A stretch of 64,000 nt of DNA, taken from positions 68,851 to 132,850 of the forward strand of contig JAUSCS010000006.1 of NCBI GenBank assembly GCA_030651135.1, given 5' to 3'. Shown in pieces: positions 7,869 to 16,756 of this stretch. Under the pieces are notes generated by a model that was not told where the DNA came from, made no database searches, and saw only the letters and a list, made by a program, of their open reading frames with translations. The position numbers and the translations under genes were made by a program. This stretch comes from Candidatus Woesearchaeota archaeon (GTDB lineage Archaea > Nanobdellota > Nanobdellia > Woesearchaeales > JACPBO01). Position 1 is the stretch's first letter; each line of letters starts with the position of its first letter.

Positions 7869-10292
7869 ATCAATAACATTCTCAAAATCAATCTTAGAAT
7901 CCTTCTTCAATTCTTCATAAATCATTTCCTGAACTTTTGCCGTAGCAATTATATCTTTCTCAACCTTTTTGAAATCTTCTTTTGAAATCTTCCCTCTTAA
8001 GATCATCTTCTTAACCGGCTCTTTCAAGGAAATCTTCTTCTCGGATTTTGCCTGCCTTGCAGCTTCAACAGCATAACACACTAATTCGCCTATTTTTTCA
8101 GCATTTTCATCAATCAGTTTTTTATCGCATTCAGGCCACTCTGAAATGTGTATGCTTTTTGCTTTCTCTTTGTCCGCAAAATATGTCTGAAAGATTTCTT
8201 CTGTAATGAAAGGCATTATTGGCGCCATGAGTTTTAATATTGTCAATAATGACATGTATAACGTATACTTGGCAGATTCAACAGCATCTTTTGAATAAGT
8301 CCCTACATTATACAACCTGTCTTTTATAATTTCAAGATAATAGTCGCAGAAAACATGCCAGAAGAAGTTTTCTGTTTCAGCTTTTGTTTTTGAATATTCA
8401 TATTCATTAAATGATTCAGTGGCATTTTTAATGATCTTGTTCAATTTAGACAGCAGCCACCTGTCAATCATCTCCAATTTTATATTTTTGCCTTTTTCAT
8501 ATTTTTCCAGATGAATAAAGCAGAATTTTGATGCATTCCATAGTTTTATTGTGAATTTCTGGCCTGTAACCAAATCTTTCTCCTGGTAAGGCAGATCCTC
8601 TCCTAATTTAGAGCCAGCTGCCCAGAATCTAAGGCAGTCAGCGCCATACTTGTCAACCAAAGACTGCGGCTCAACAACATTTCCCTTGCTTTTTGACATC
8701 TTTTTGCCATGCGGATCCTGCGCATGCCCTGCAATCATGACATCTTTCCAGGGGTTTATTTTGTAATGCAATTGCGATTTAACAACAGTATTGAAAAGCC
8801 AGAATGTTATTATATCATGCGCCTGCGGCCTTAATGACATCGGATAAAGCCTTTTCTGTATTTTTTCAGGCATCAGCTCAATTGCGAGCCTTGGCGTCAG
8901 TGATGATGTTGCCCATGTATCCAAAACATCTTTTTCTGGAATAAATTCATCACAGCCGCATTTAGGGCATTTTTTTACAGGCGGATTGTCTTTCAGAGGA
9001 TCAACCGGCAATTGCTTCTCCTCAGCTAAAATTACTTCATTGCATTTCCTGCAGTACCATAATGGAAACGGAACTCCAAAGAACCTCTGCCTTGAAATAC
9101 ACCAGTCATACTTAAGGCCATGAACCCAGTTTTCATATCTTACTTTCATATATTCCGGGTGCCAATTAAGCGCATTTCCCCATTTTATCATCTCGTCCTT
9201 CAGGTCAAGATATTTGATAAACCATTGGTCTGTTGTCAGTATCTCAATATCTGTGCCGCATCTTTCATGAACATTAACCACGTGCCTTATAGGCTCTATT
9301 TTTTCAATCCTTTCTTCTTTTTTCAGGTCATCTGTAACAGCGCTCCTTGCCCGCTTTATAGCCATTCCTTTGTATTTTCCTGCTTTTTCATTTAATGTCC
9401 CGTCTTTATTTTCAATCTCAATAGCAGGGATTTTTTCTCTCTCAAGCCATACTACATCATCCATATCGCCAAAGGTGCAATGATAAACAGCTCCTGAGCC
9501 AAAATCCATTGCAACATCCCTGTTTGCTTTTATCGGAACCTTTCTGTTGTAGAATGGGATAATTGCTTCTGCTCCTATGAACTCCTTGTATCTTTCGTCA
9601 TCAGGGTGCACATGAACCATTACGCATGCCCCCATCAGCTCTGGCCTTGTTGTTGCTATTATTATCTGCTTTTTTATTGTCGTATCGAATTTCATGTATA
9701 TTAATTGAGAATCCTGTTCGCTGTCTTTCATTTCTACCTGGGCTATTGCCGTCTGGCATTCAGGGCACCAAAAGAACGGCGTCCTCTTTCTGTATTCTCT
9801 GCCTTTTTTGTATAGGTCTATAAAGCTTTTTTGAGATATTTTCTGGCAATGCTTGTCTATCGTAGTATAAAATATAGACCAGTCGCAGCTTATGCCTATT
9901 CTTTTCCAGTCTTGCAGATATGAAGGCCTAAGCTCCTTTTCTAATGTTTCAAGAACCAGATTTATGAATCCCTCCCTGCCTAAAGCAACATCCTTTACTT
10001 TCTTTTCTTGTTCTATTAGCCTTATTGTTGCCAGCCCGTTATCATCTGTTCCGAAAGGATAGAAAACATTCTTGCCGAGCATTCTATGGAATCTTACAAC
10101 AAAATCCTGCTGAGAATAGCTGAATGCATGCCCAAGATGCATTTTCCCGCTGACTGTTGGCGGCGGAGTGTCAATTGAATAGATCTCCCTCTTTTCATCA
10201 TTTGGATCAAACTTGTAAATTCCTTCCTTCTCCCAGTATTCATTCCATTTCTTTTCAGCTTCTTTGAAGCTGTAGTTCTGCGGTAGTTCCAT
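7863..10292 (-). CDS. valS: Valyl-tRNA synthetase (archaeal type)
   Basis: DTPPPTVSGKMHLGH, DWCISRQR, KMSKSKGN. Confidence 0.96.
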   Translation of the reverse strand: MELPQNYSFKEAEKKWNEYWEKEGIYKFDPNDEKREIYSIDTPPPTVSGKMHLGHAFSYSQQDFVVRFHRMLGKNVFYPFGTDDNGLATIRLIEQEKKVKDVALGREGFINLVLETLEKELRPSYLQDWKRIGISCDWSIFYTTIDKHCQKISQKSFIDLYKKGREYRKRTPFFWCPECQTAIAQVEMKDSEQDSQLIYMKFDTTIKKQIIIATTRPELMGACVMVHVHPDDERYKEFIGAEAIIPFYNRKVPIKANRDVAMDFGSGAVYHCTFGDMDDVVWLEREKIPAIEIENKDGTLNEKAGKYKGMAIKRARSAVTDDLKKEERIEKIEPIRHVVNVHERCGTDIEILTTDQWFIKYLDLKDEMIKWGNALNWHPEYMKVRYENWVHGLKYDWCISRQRFFGVPFPLWYCRKCNEVILAEEKQLPVDPLKDNPPVKKCPKCGCDEFIPEKDVLDTWATSSLTPRLAIELMPEKIQKRLYPMSLRPQAHDIITFWLFNTVVKSQLHYKINPWKDVMIAGHAQDPHGKKMSKSKGNVVEPQSLVDKYGADCLRFWAAGSKLGEDLPYQEKDLVTGQKFTIKLWNASKFCFIHLEKYEKGKNIKLEMIDRWLLSKLNKIIKNATESFNEYEYSKTKAETENFFWHVFCDYYLEIIKDRLYNVGTYSKDAVESAKYTLYMSLLTILKLMAPIMPFITEEIFQTYFADKEKAKSIHISEWPECDKKLIDENAEKIGELVCYAVEAARQAKSEKKISLKEPVKKMILRGKISKEDFKKVEKDIIATAKVQEMIYEELKKDSKIDFENVIDL

Positions 10293-10342
10293 AGCAATAG
10301 AATTTAATCTGTTGTTTTTAAAGATTTTGAAAAATTTATGGT

Positions 10343-10753
10343 TTATTTTAGAAATTTATCAATTATTTTCTTAGCTTCATCAATATCACGATATTCAGCA
10401 AGTGTAATTTTTGGACAACCTGCAATCATAGCAGACACCATTTTTACAGCTTGCGGGTGGTACAGGCACAGAACGCGCTTGTTGTTTTCCACAGCCCTGC
10501 CTATTTCATACCCCACTCCCAAGCTCGGAGTTGACACTTCTGCGATTAAAATATCTGAAGAAAGAATCCATTTTAAATCCCTGTCATGAATATGGCCGTC
10601 TGTTATTCCGTCTTCATCAAAAACTTTAAGGTTTTTATCCCCTACATGCTCGGTAAGGACCTCTCCATGCTGTTTAAGATGATCTATCATCTGAAGATAC
10701 AGGTCAACATCATGCCTTCCGCCGCGGATTGATCCTGCAAAGTAGATTTTCAT
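10343..10753 (-). CDS. Nucleoside 2-deoxyribosyltransferase / DNPH1-like deoxynucleotide N-hydrolase
   Basis: IYFAGSIRGG and SDILIAEVSTPSLGVGYEIG motifs. Confidence 0.88.
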   Translation of the reverse strand: MKIYFAGSIRGGRHDVDLYLQMIDHLKQHGEVLTEHVGDKNLKVFDEDGITDGHIHDRDLKWILSSDILIAEVSTPSLGVGYEIGRAVENNKRVLCLYHPQAVKMVSAMIAGCPKITLAEYRDIDEAKKIIDKFLK

Positions 10754-10791
10754 AAGACATTATGAAAAAGAACATCTATATAAAATTAATC

Positions 10792-10930
10792 AAAAATTCA
10801 TCGCCATTCCGTTTATCATCTTAGGCACAGAATTGTTATACTGCATAACCAAAAATGATTTTTTTAGCTTTTTTGTTTTACAATATAACAAAGCTCAGCA
10901 ATCTAAAAATTCATCGCCATTCCGTTTATC
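10792..10930. repeat. 26-bp perfect direct repeat duplicating the 3' end of gene 10903..11286
   Basis: AAAAATTCATCGCCATTCCGTTTATC at 10792-10817 and 10905-10930; similarity continues with mismatches for about 11 more nt. Confidence 0.85.
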
Positions 10931-11286
10931 TTCTCAGCCATCCTGAAATAAGTTATTGTCTTGTCTCTCTGTATGTTGTTTATCCTGTCCTTTACGCTTG
11001 ATAAGAACTTGGTCATCTTGTCTATGATCTCTTCATCATTCAACCTTACAACAACTATTCCGCCAAGAGGCCCTTCCTCATCGTCAAAGCTCTTCTCCTT
11101 GATCGACTTCTTCATCTTTGACAGGATGTAAAGCGCCAGATCCCCTGGATTTCCTATCTTGTCCTTTTTAAGAAATTGTTTTTCCTGCCCGTTATTGTCT
11201 ATTGTTATTTTAATGTCCATAATGGTCTCCCTTGGAGAATAATTGCAGATCTCAATTTTCTTGAATTTAACATCTATTGTTTTCAT
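10903..11286 (-). CDS. Hypothetical protein
   Basis: 127-aa ORF, divergent from rfcL, with host-like codon usage; no motif recognised. Confidence 0.7.
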   Translation of the reverse strand: MKTIDVKFKKIEICNYSPRETIMDIKITIDNNGQEKQFLKKDKIGNPGDLALYILSKMKKSIKEKSFDDEEGPLGGIVVVRLNDEEIIDKMTKFLSSVKDRINNIQRDKTITYFRMAEKINGMAMNF

Positions 11287-11392
11287 CTTGCCCTATGTTT
11301 GTTTTTATTTCATTGTTTATATGCTTTATTATTCTGCATTTCACATATTCCAGTATAAAAACCTTAATAAACAAACAGTCATTACTTCCCTT

Positions 11393-12604
11393 ATGGAAGA
11401 GTTGTGGGCCAATAAATATCTGCCGAAGACAATTTCTGATGTTCACGGCCAGGATGCAGCTTTAAAGCAGCTGAAGGACTTTGTCTTTAATTTCAAAAAC
11501 AAGAAAAAAAGGGCTGCCATCGCTTACGGCCCGGCAGGAAGCGGAAAAACAGCTGCTGTCTATGCAATTGCAAATGAAATTAATTTGGAGATTGTTGAAA
11601 CAAGCGCTGCTGACTTCAGAAACGAAGAGCAGATCAACCTTAAAGTCGGCAATGCAGTGCATCAGATGAGCTTATTCTCAAAAGGAAAAGTTATTTTGAT
11701 TGATGAAATTGACGGATTAAGCGGCAATGAAGACAGGGGCGGAATACAGGCAATAATAAAATTGATTGAAAAAACAACCTTTCCCATAATCCTGATTTCA
11801 AATGATCCATGGGGCAACAAATTCAGCTCGTTAAGGAGCAAATCAGAGCTTATTCAGTTTAAATCTCTGGATGTTTCAGATGTTTTTAATGTTCTCAAAA
11901 AAATAGCTTCAAAAGAAGGCATAAAGTATGAAGAGCCTGTTTTGAAGAGCCTTGCAAGAAGAGCTGCTGGCGACTTAAGGGCAGCAATAACTGATCTTCA
12001 AATGCTGGCAGATGAAAAGAAAGAATTGGTTAAGAAAGATGTGGAAGATGTTGCAGAAAGAAACAAGCAGGAATCCATACTTAATGCGCTTGTAAAGGTG
12101 TTCAAGATCAAAGATGCTAATATCGCTGTAACAGCATTTGAAAATGTTGACGAGGATATTGATAAATGCTTTCTATGGGTTGATGAAAACCTGCCGAAAG
12201 AATACACTGATCCTGAAGACCTGGCAAATGCTTATGACATGCTCAGCAAAGCAGATGTTTTAAGAGGCAGAATCTCAAGATGGCAGCATTGGCGCTTCCT
12301 CGATTATATAAACACTTTATTAACAGCAGGTGTTGCTGTTTCAAAGAAGCAGAAAAACAGCGAATTCATAAAATACTGCCAGACAACAAGGATCCTCAAA
12401 TTATGGCACGCTAAAATGAAATACATGAAAAGGAAGGACATAGCGAAAAAGATCGCATTGAAAACACATTCTTCGCAAAAAGAAATAATCAAGGATACGC
12501 TGCCTTATATGCAGGTCATATTCAGGAAAAACAAAAAAGAAGCAGAGAGGATTGCAGATTATCTCGATCTAAATGAAGAAGAAAAAGATTGGTTGGGAAA
12601 ATAA
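11393..12604 (+). CDS. rfcL: Replication factor C large subunit
   Basis: W..KY.P N-terminus, Walker A GPAGSGKT, LIDEIDG, GDLRAAI, WVDENLP; ATG at 11393. Confidence 0.93.
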   Translation: MEELWANKYLPKTISDVHGQDAALKQLKDFVFNFKNKKKRAAIAYGPAGSGKTAAVYAIANEINLEIVETSAADFRNEEQINLKVGNAVHQMSLFSKGKVILIDEIDGLSGNEDRGGIQAIIKLIEKTTFPIILISNDPWGNKFSSLRSKSELIQFKSLDVSDVFNVLKKIASKEGIKYEEPVLKSLARRAAGDLRAAITDLQMLADEKKELVKKDVEDVAERNKQESILNALVKVFKIKDANIAVTAFENVDEDIDKCFLWVDENLPKEYTDPEDLANAYDMLSKADVLRGRISRWQHWRFLDYINTLLTAGVAVSKKQKNSEFIKYCQTTRILKLWHAKMKYMKRKDIAKKIALKTHSSQKEIIKDTLPYMQVIFRKNKKEAERIADYLDLNEEEKDWLGK

Positions 12605-12622
12605 AGCGAACTATAGACATTC

Positions 12623-12765
12623 TGTCAAAAACCACCCATCATAGATGGGTTGCATGTAGCTACGTTACATCGTATCAGGTGGTTTTTGAGCATGCTCAGA
12701 ATTTTCCACATACAAAAAAGTTGGCTTTCTGCCACCAGTCAAAGACTGGATGGAAAATTCTGACA
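12623..12765. repeat. Bipartite nested-palindrome intergenic element (REP/MITE-like or sRNA)
   Basis: Perfect IR TCAAAAACCACC (12625-36)/GGTGGTTTTTGA (12678-89). Central GCATGC. Perfect IR TCAGAATTTTCCA (12696-708)/TGGAAAATTCTGA (12751-63). Internal hairpins ACCCATC/GATGGGT and CCAGTC/GACTGG. Ends TGTCA...TGACA. Confidence 0.8.
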
Positions 12766-12773
12766 TTTATACT

Positions 12774-13163
12774 TCACCTAGCATTATCTATCACTTCAAT
12801 AATGTCTCTTTCTACCTCTTCGGCTTCCTGTCTACTTATTTCTGGGAAGAATTGTGAGATTATAGTCGGCTTCATCCCCATTATTTTCACTTTTCCTTCA
12901 TCCTCCAAAACATTGATTTTACAAGGCATACAAAGAGAGGATAGTTTGTTCTTGTTCAAGAATTGATTGGCATATTTTCCAGAACAGATTTCAATGATCT
13001 TTAACGGTTTCTGTTTAAATCCCTTTACCGCCAATATTTCTTTGTAGTCATATACTTGGAATATTGCCCAACCTTTATTTTCTACAGCCTTTCTTACTGA
13101 AACAACTGCTTCATCAAAACTCTTTTCTGTTTCAACTATATGTGCAAAATCTTCTATTTTCAT
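12774..13163 (-). CDS. DUF302 domain protein
   Basis: GWAIFQVYD, KIIEICS, LCMPCKINVLE pattern. Confidence 0.85.
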   Translation of the reverse strand: MKIEDFAHIVETEKSFDEAVVSVRKAVENKGWAIFQVYDYKEILAVKGFKQKPLKIIEICSGKYANQFLNKNKLSSLCMPCKINVLEDEGKVKIMGMKPTIISQFFPEISRQEAEEVERDIIEVIDNAR

Positions 13164-13166
13164 TTT

Positions 13167-13451
13167 TCACCTGCCTAATTCTCTCTTCATTTCTTCATAC
13201 TGCTTTTTTGTAATTTCTCCAGAAGCATATCTTCTCTTCAGGATTGTTAATGAATCTGACCAATTCTCCTTGGATTGACTTGCATTGATTAAGGTAACTA
13301 TGAGCCAAATGATAAGCCCCCAGAAGAGCAACATAAACAAAAATCCAAAACCCATCATGCCATAGCCGCCCATTCCAAATCCTGAGAAAAGAAACAACAG
13401 AATAACTGCAGCAATTACAACCCATAACAATGTATTTTTATCTTTTTCCAT
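13167..13451 (-). CDS. Membrane protein with C-terminal SHOCT domain
   Basis: Two TM helices, Gly/Met-rich linker, ILKRRYASGEITKKQYEEMK. Confidence 0.88.
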   Translation of the reverse strand: MEKDKNTLLWVVIAAVILLFLFSGFGMGGYGMMGFGFLFMLLFWGLIIWLIVTLINASQSKENWSDSLTILKRRYASGEITKKQYEEMKRELGR

Positions 13452-13489
13452 CACTATCGCCCCATTAGCTCTTTTTTCATTCTAACATC

Positions 13490-13804
13490 TTACAAATTCT
13501 TGACAATTCTTCCATTTTCCTTTAATTTTTCAGTCAAAACTTCCCTTATGATATCAAACGCCTTAATGATTTTTGGATTTGTGAGTTTGTAATAGATATT
13601 TTTGCCTCGTCTATTTGATGTAACAATGCCTTTAGACTTCATAATAGACAAATGCTGAGAAATATTTGATTGACTTAATTTTGTTTTCTCTATCAATTCA
13701 GTGACTGAAAATTCTTTATCTCTCAATAGGTTCAATATCTCCAGCCTAATTGAATTTGAAAACACCTTGCACATTTCAGCATGAATTTCGTATAACTCTT
13801 TCAT
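13490..13804 (-). CDS. ArsR/SmtB family transcriptional regulator
   Basis: KVFSNSIRLEILNLL, SQSNISQHLSIMK, RRGKNIYY. Confidence 0.92.
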   Translation of the reverse strand: MKELYEIHAEMCKVFSNSIRLEILNLLRDKEFSVTELIEKTKLSQSNISQHLSIMKSKGIVTSNRRGKNIYYKLTNPKIIKAFDIIREVLTEKLKENGRIVKNL

Positions 13805-13810
13805 AATAGC

Positions 13811-13830
13811 ATATTAGAATATTCTTATAT
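13811..13830. promoter_or_regulatory. Candidate ArsR operator
   Basis: Near-perfect 20-bp palindrome ATATTAGAATATTCTTATAT between a TATA-like TTTAAATA and the arsR ATG. Confidence 0.55.
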
Positions 13831-14051
13831 TTAAATATCTTTCGGTTAAGAACGATGGAGGGGGCATATAAAATTTTGAATCAGCATTTAAAGAAAACTG
13901 GCGATTTTACCTTAAATGGATCAGTATAGGCATTATTTTTGCTTCTATTGTGGCTTTGACAAGATATTACAAATAATTAAATCATATCCAGCAGACTTGA
14001 CAGCTCAAATAAAAGCAAATTTTAAATACCCCTTCTGTTTTCAAACGTGCT

Positions 14052-15578
14052 ATGGCATTGACAATCGCTGACATGGCAACATTCTGCAAGAGGAAAGGCT
14101 TTGTTTATCCTGATGCGGAGATCTATGGCGGAATGGCTGGATTCTGGGATTACGGCCCATTGGGAGTTGAATTAAAAGGCAATATAAAAAAAGAATGGTG
14201 GAAAACATTTGTCCAGCAGAGGGAAGATGTCTTCGGAATTGACGGAGCAATAATAACAAGCGCAAAAGTATGGCAGGCATCCGGCCATGCTGACTGCTTT
14301 ACAGACATCTTGGTTGAATGTAAAAAATGCCATGCAAGAATCAGAGGCGATTCATTGGTTGCAGATCTTCTCAATATCGCTGCAGAAGGATTGTCAGCTA
14401 CAGACATTGACAAATTAATAAAAGACAACAACATAGACTGCCCAAACTGCCATGATGATTTTGAGAATGCAAAGCAGTTCAATTTGATGTTCAGGACAAA
14501 CATCGGTCCAATTGAAAACACAAATTCTCTTACTTATCTAAGGCCGGAAACAGCGCAGCTCATCTTTACAAATTTCAAATTAGTCCAGGAAAACTCAAGG
14601 GCAAAGCTGCCTTTCGGAATAGCGCAGATGGGAAAGGCATTCAGGAATGAAATAAGCCCAAGAGACTTCTTATTTAGGTCCAGGGAATTCGAGCAGATGG
14701 AGATTGAATTCTTCACTCATCCGGATAAAACAGACGAATGTATTTTCTTCAGCGAAGTCCAGGGCATGAAAGTGAATGTTTTAACAGCAGATGCCCAGAA
14801 AAAAGGCGGGCAGCACAAGGAAACAACAATAAGCGAGCTGGCTGAAAATAAGCTTGCAAACAAATGGCACGCTTACTGGTTAGCATCATTCTACAAATGG
14901 TTTACCGATTTGGGCATCAAAAAAGAAAACTTAAGATTAAGGGAGCATAAAGAAGAAGAATTAGCTCATTATGCCGGAGCATGCTTTGATATCGAATACA
15001 AATTCCCATTCGGCTGGAAAGAGATACACGGAAACGCTGACAGAAAGCAGTTTGACCTGAAGCAGCACATGAAATTCTCGAAAAAGGATCTGGGTGTTTT
15101 CGATGAAGCTACAAAGCAGAAGGTTATTCCGTCTGTTGCATCTGAGCCCTCGCAGGGAGTTGACCGTGCCTTATTGGCATTCATGTTTGACGCATACGAA
15201 TACGATAAAAAGAGAGAGAATATTGTTTTAAAGCTGCATCCAAAATTGGCCCCAGTAAAAGCAGGCATCTTCCCATTAATCAAAAAAGAAGGCCTTGACA
15301 AAAAAGCAAAAGAAATCCTGAATGATTTAAACAAAGAATTCAACTGCTTTTATGATGAATCAGGCAGCATAGGAAGAAGGTATGCGAGGCAGGACGAAAA
15401 CGGAACTCCGTATTGCATCACAGTTGATTTTGACAGCCTGAAAAACCACGATGTCACGCTAAGAAACAGGGATGATACAAAGCAAATAAGAGTAAAAATC
15501 AAGGATTTAAAAGAAACACTAAGACGGCTGGTTAATTCTGAGCTTGAATTTGAATATGCAGGCCACCCATTGAAATAG
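14052..15578 (+). CDS. glyS: Glycyl-tRNA synthetase (alpha2 type)
   Basis: YLRPETAQ, FRNEISPRDFLFRSREFEQMEIE, EPSQGVDR, GSIGRRYARQDE. Confidence 0.96.
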   Translation: MALTIADMATFCKRKGFVYPDAEIYGGMAGFWDYGPLGVELKGNIKKEWWKTFVQQREDVFGIDGAIITSAKVWQASGHADCFTDILVECKKCHARIRGDSLVADLLNIAAEGLSATDIDKLIKDNNIDCPNCHDDFENAKQFNLMFRTNIGPIENTNSLTYLRPETAQLIFTNFKLVQENSRAKLPFGIAQMGKAFRNEISPRDFLFRSREFEQMEIEFFTHPDKTDECIFFSEVQGMKVNVLTADAQKKGGQHKETTISELAENKLANKWHAYWLASFYKWFTDLGIKKENLRLREHKEEELAHYAGACFDIEYKFPFGWKEIHGNADRKQFDLKQHMKFSKKDLGVFDEATKQKVIPSVASEPSQGVDRALLAFMFDAYEYDKKRENIVLKLHPKLAPVKAGIFPLIKKEGLDKKAKEILNDLNKEFNCFYDESGSIGRRYARQDENGTPYCITVDFDSLKNHDVTLRNRDDTKQIRVKIKDLKETLRRLVNSELEFEYAGHPLK

Positions 15579-15625
15579 ATTCAGCTCCTATATGCTTTAT
15601 ATAGGGAGACATTTTACCATTCTTT

Positions 15626-16750
15626 ATGCAGGGCTTGGCTATTGTGAACAAAGGCATTGAAAATACTGCCGCTTTGGAAATTAAGGAATTGATTAAATCA
15701 AGCCCTGAAATAAGGGAAAGCTGTGTTATTTTCGGCATTAAAGATTTTGATGATCTGGCCAAATTATGCTATACAGCCCAGAGCGTCAACAGGATTCTCT
15801 TTTTATTGGATTCTTTTAAAATAAATTCTGTTGAAGATATCAAAGAAAGGATTGAAAAAATAAACTTTGATAAATTTTTAAATAAAAACAGGACCTTTGT
15901 TGTAAGATCTGAAAGAATCGGCGAGCATAGCTTTACAAGCTCCGAGATTGAAGCAGAAACAGGCGAATTCATCATTGAAAAAATAAAGAAAGACAAAAAA
16001 TACACTCAAAAAGTCGATCTGAACAATCCAGGTATTATTGTTTTCGTCTACATCTATAATGATGACTGCTACATGGGCATAGATTTTGCAGGAAGAGAGC
16101 TTGATAAAAGGGATTATAAAATATTTTCAGCACCTAATTCATTAAAGGGAACAGTTGCATATGCTCTTGTAAGAATCGCCGAATATAATAAAAAAGAAAT
16201 AATTTTAGACCCATTCTGCCTGAGCGGCGAGATTCCAATAGAAGCAGCGATGTTTGCCAATAACTTTCCGGTCAATCATTTCTCAAGAGACAAGTTTGCA
16301 TTCAATAAGTTTTTGAAATTTAATTTTGAGAAGATCGATAAAAAAATAAAAAAGGCCAGATTAAAAATAATGGGCTTTGCTTCGCTTACAAATCTCAAAT
16401 CCTGCCAGAAGAATGCGAAGATTGCTGGAATTGAAAAATCAATCGGCATTACAAAGATAGATGTTGACTGGCTCGACATAAAACTGAAGAAAAACTCAAT
16501 AGATAAGATAATAAGCTATCCCCCCCAGATAAGCATTGCAAGAAACAATGAAAAAGACATTGAGAAAATATACAAAGAACTATTCTACCAGGCAGAATAT
16601 ATCCTGAAGAAAAAAGGCATGGCTGTTTTATTGACAAGGAAAGATGAACTGCTGAAAAAATATGCCGAAGAGTATAAATTCAAGCTGATCAATGAAAAGA
16701 CCATTATGCAGGGCAAAGAGGAAATGAAAGTTTTGATATGGGAGAAATGA
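15626..16750 (+). CDS. THUMP-domain RNA methyltransferase-like protein (Trm14/RlmL-like) with degenerate SAM motifs
   Basis: THUMP segment (FVVRSERIGEHSFTS...VDLNNP), LKGTVAYAL, DPFCLSGEIPIEAA, SYPPQ. Confidence 0.8.
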   Translation: MQGLAIVNKGIENTAALEIKELIKSSPEIRESCVIFGIKDFDDLAKLCYTAQSVNRILFLLDSFKINSVEDIKERIEKINFDKFLNKNRTFVVRSERIGEHSFTSSEIEAETGEFIIEKIKKDKKYTQKVDLNNPGIIVFVYIYNDDCYMGIDFAGRELDKRDYKIFSAPNSLKGTVAYALVRIAEYNKKEIILDPFCLSGEIPIEAAMFANNFPVNHFSRDKFAFNKFLKFNFEKIDKKIKKARLKIMGFASLTNLKSCQKNAKIAGIEKSIGITKIDVDWLDIKLKKNSIDKIISYPPQISIARNNEKDIEKIYKELFYQAEYILKKKGMAVLLTRKDELLKKYAEEYKFKLINEKTIMQGKEEMKVLIWEK

Positions 16751-16756
16751 ATCAGA

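Noticed and set aside
10792-10930. 26-bp repeat as a DGR TR/VR or CRISPR repeat
   Set aside because: Only two copies are present, the mismatches are not adenine-specific, the 87-nt spacing is too long for a CRISPR spacer, and there are no cas or RT genes.
12589-12966. 125-aa plus-strand ORF across the palindromic element
   Set aside because: It overlaps the DUF302 gene in antisense and runs through the hairpin element; no protein features.
13872-13976. Possible membrane-protein remnant (FESAFKENWRFYLKWISIGIIFASIVALTRYYK)
   Set aside because: There is no start codon, it is only 34 codons long and no homologue was recognised. Too weak to call a pseudogene.
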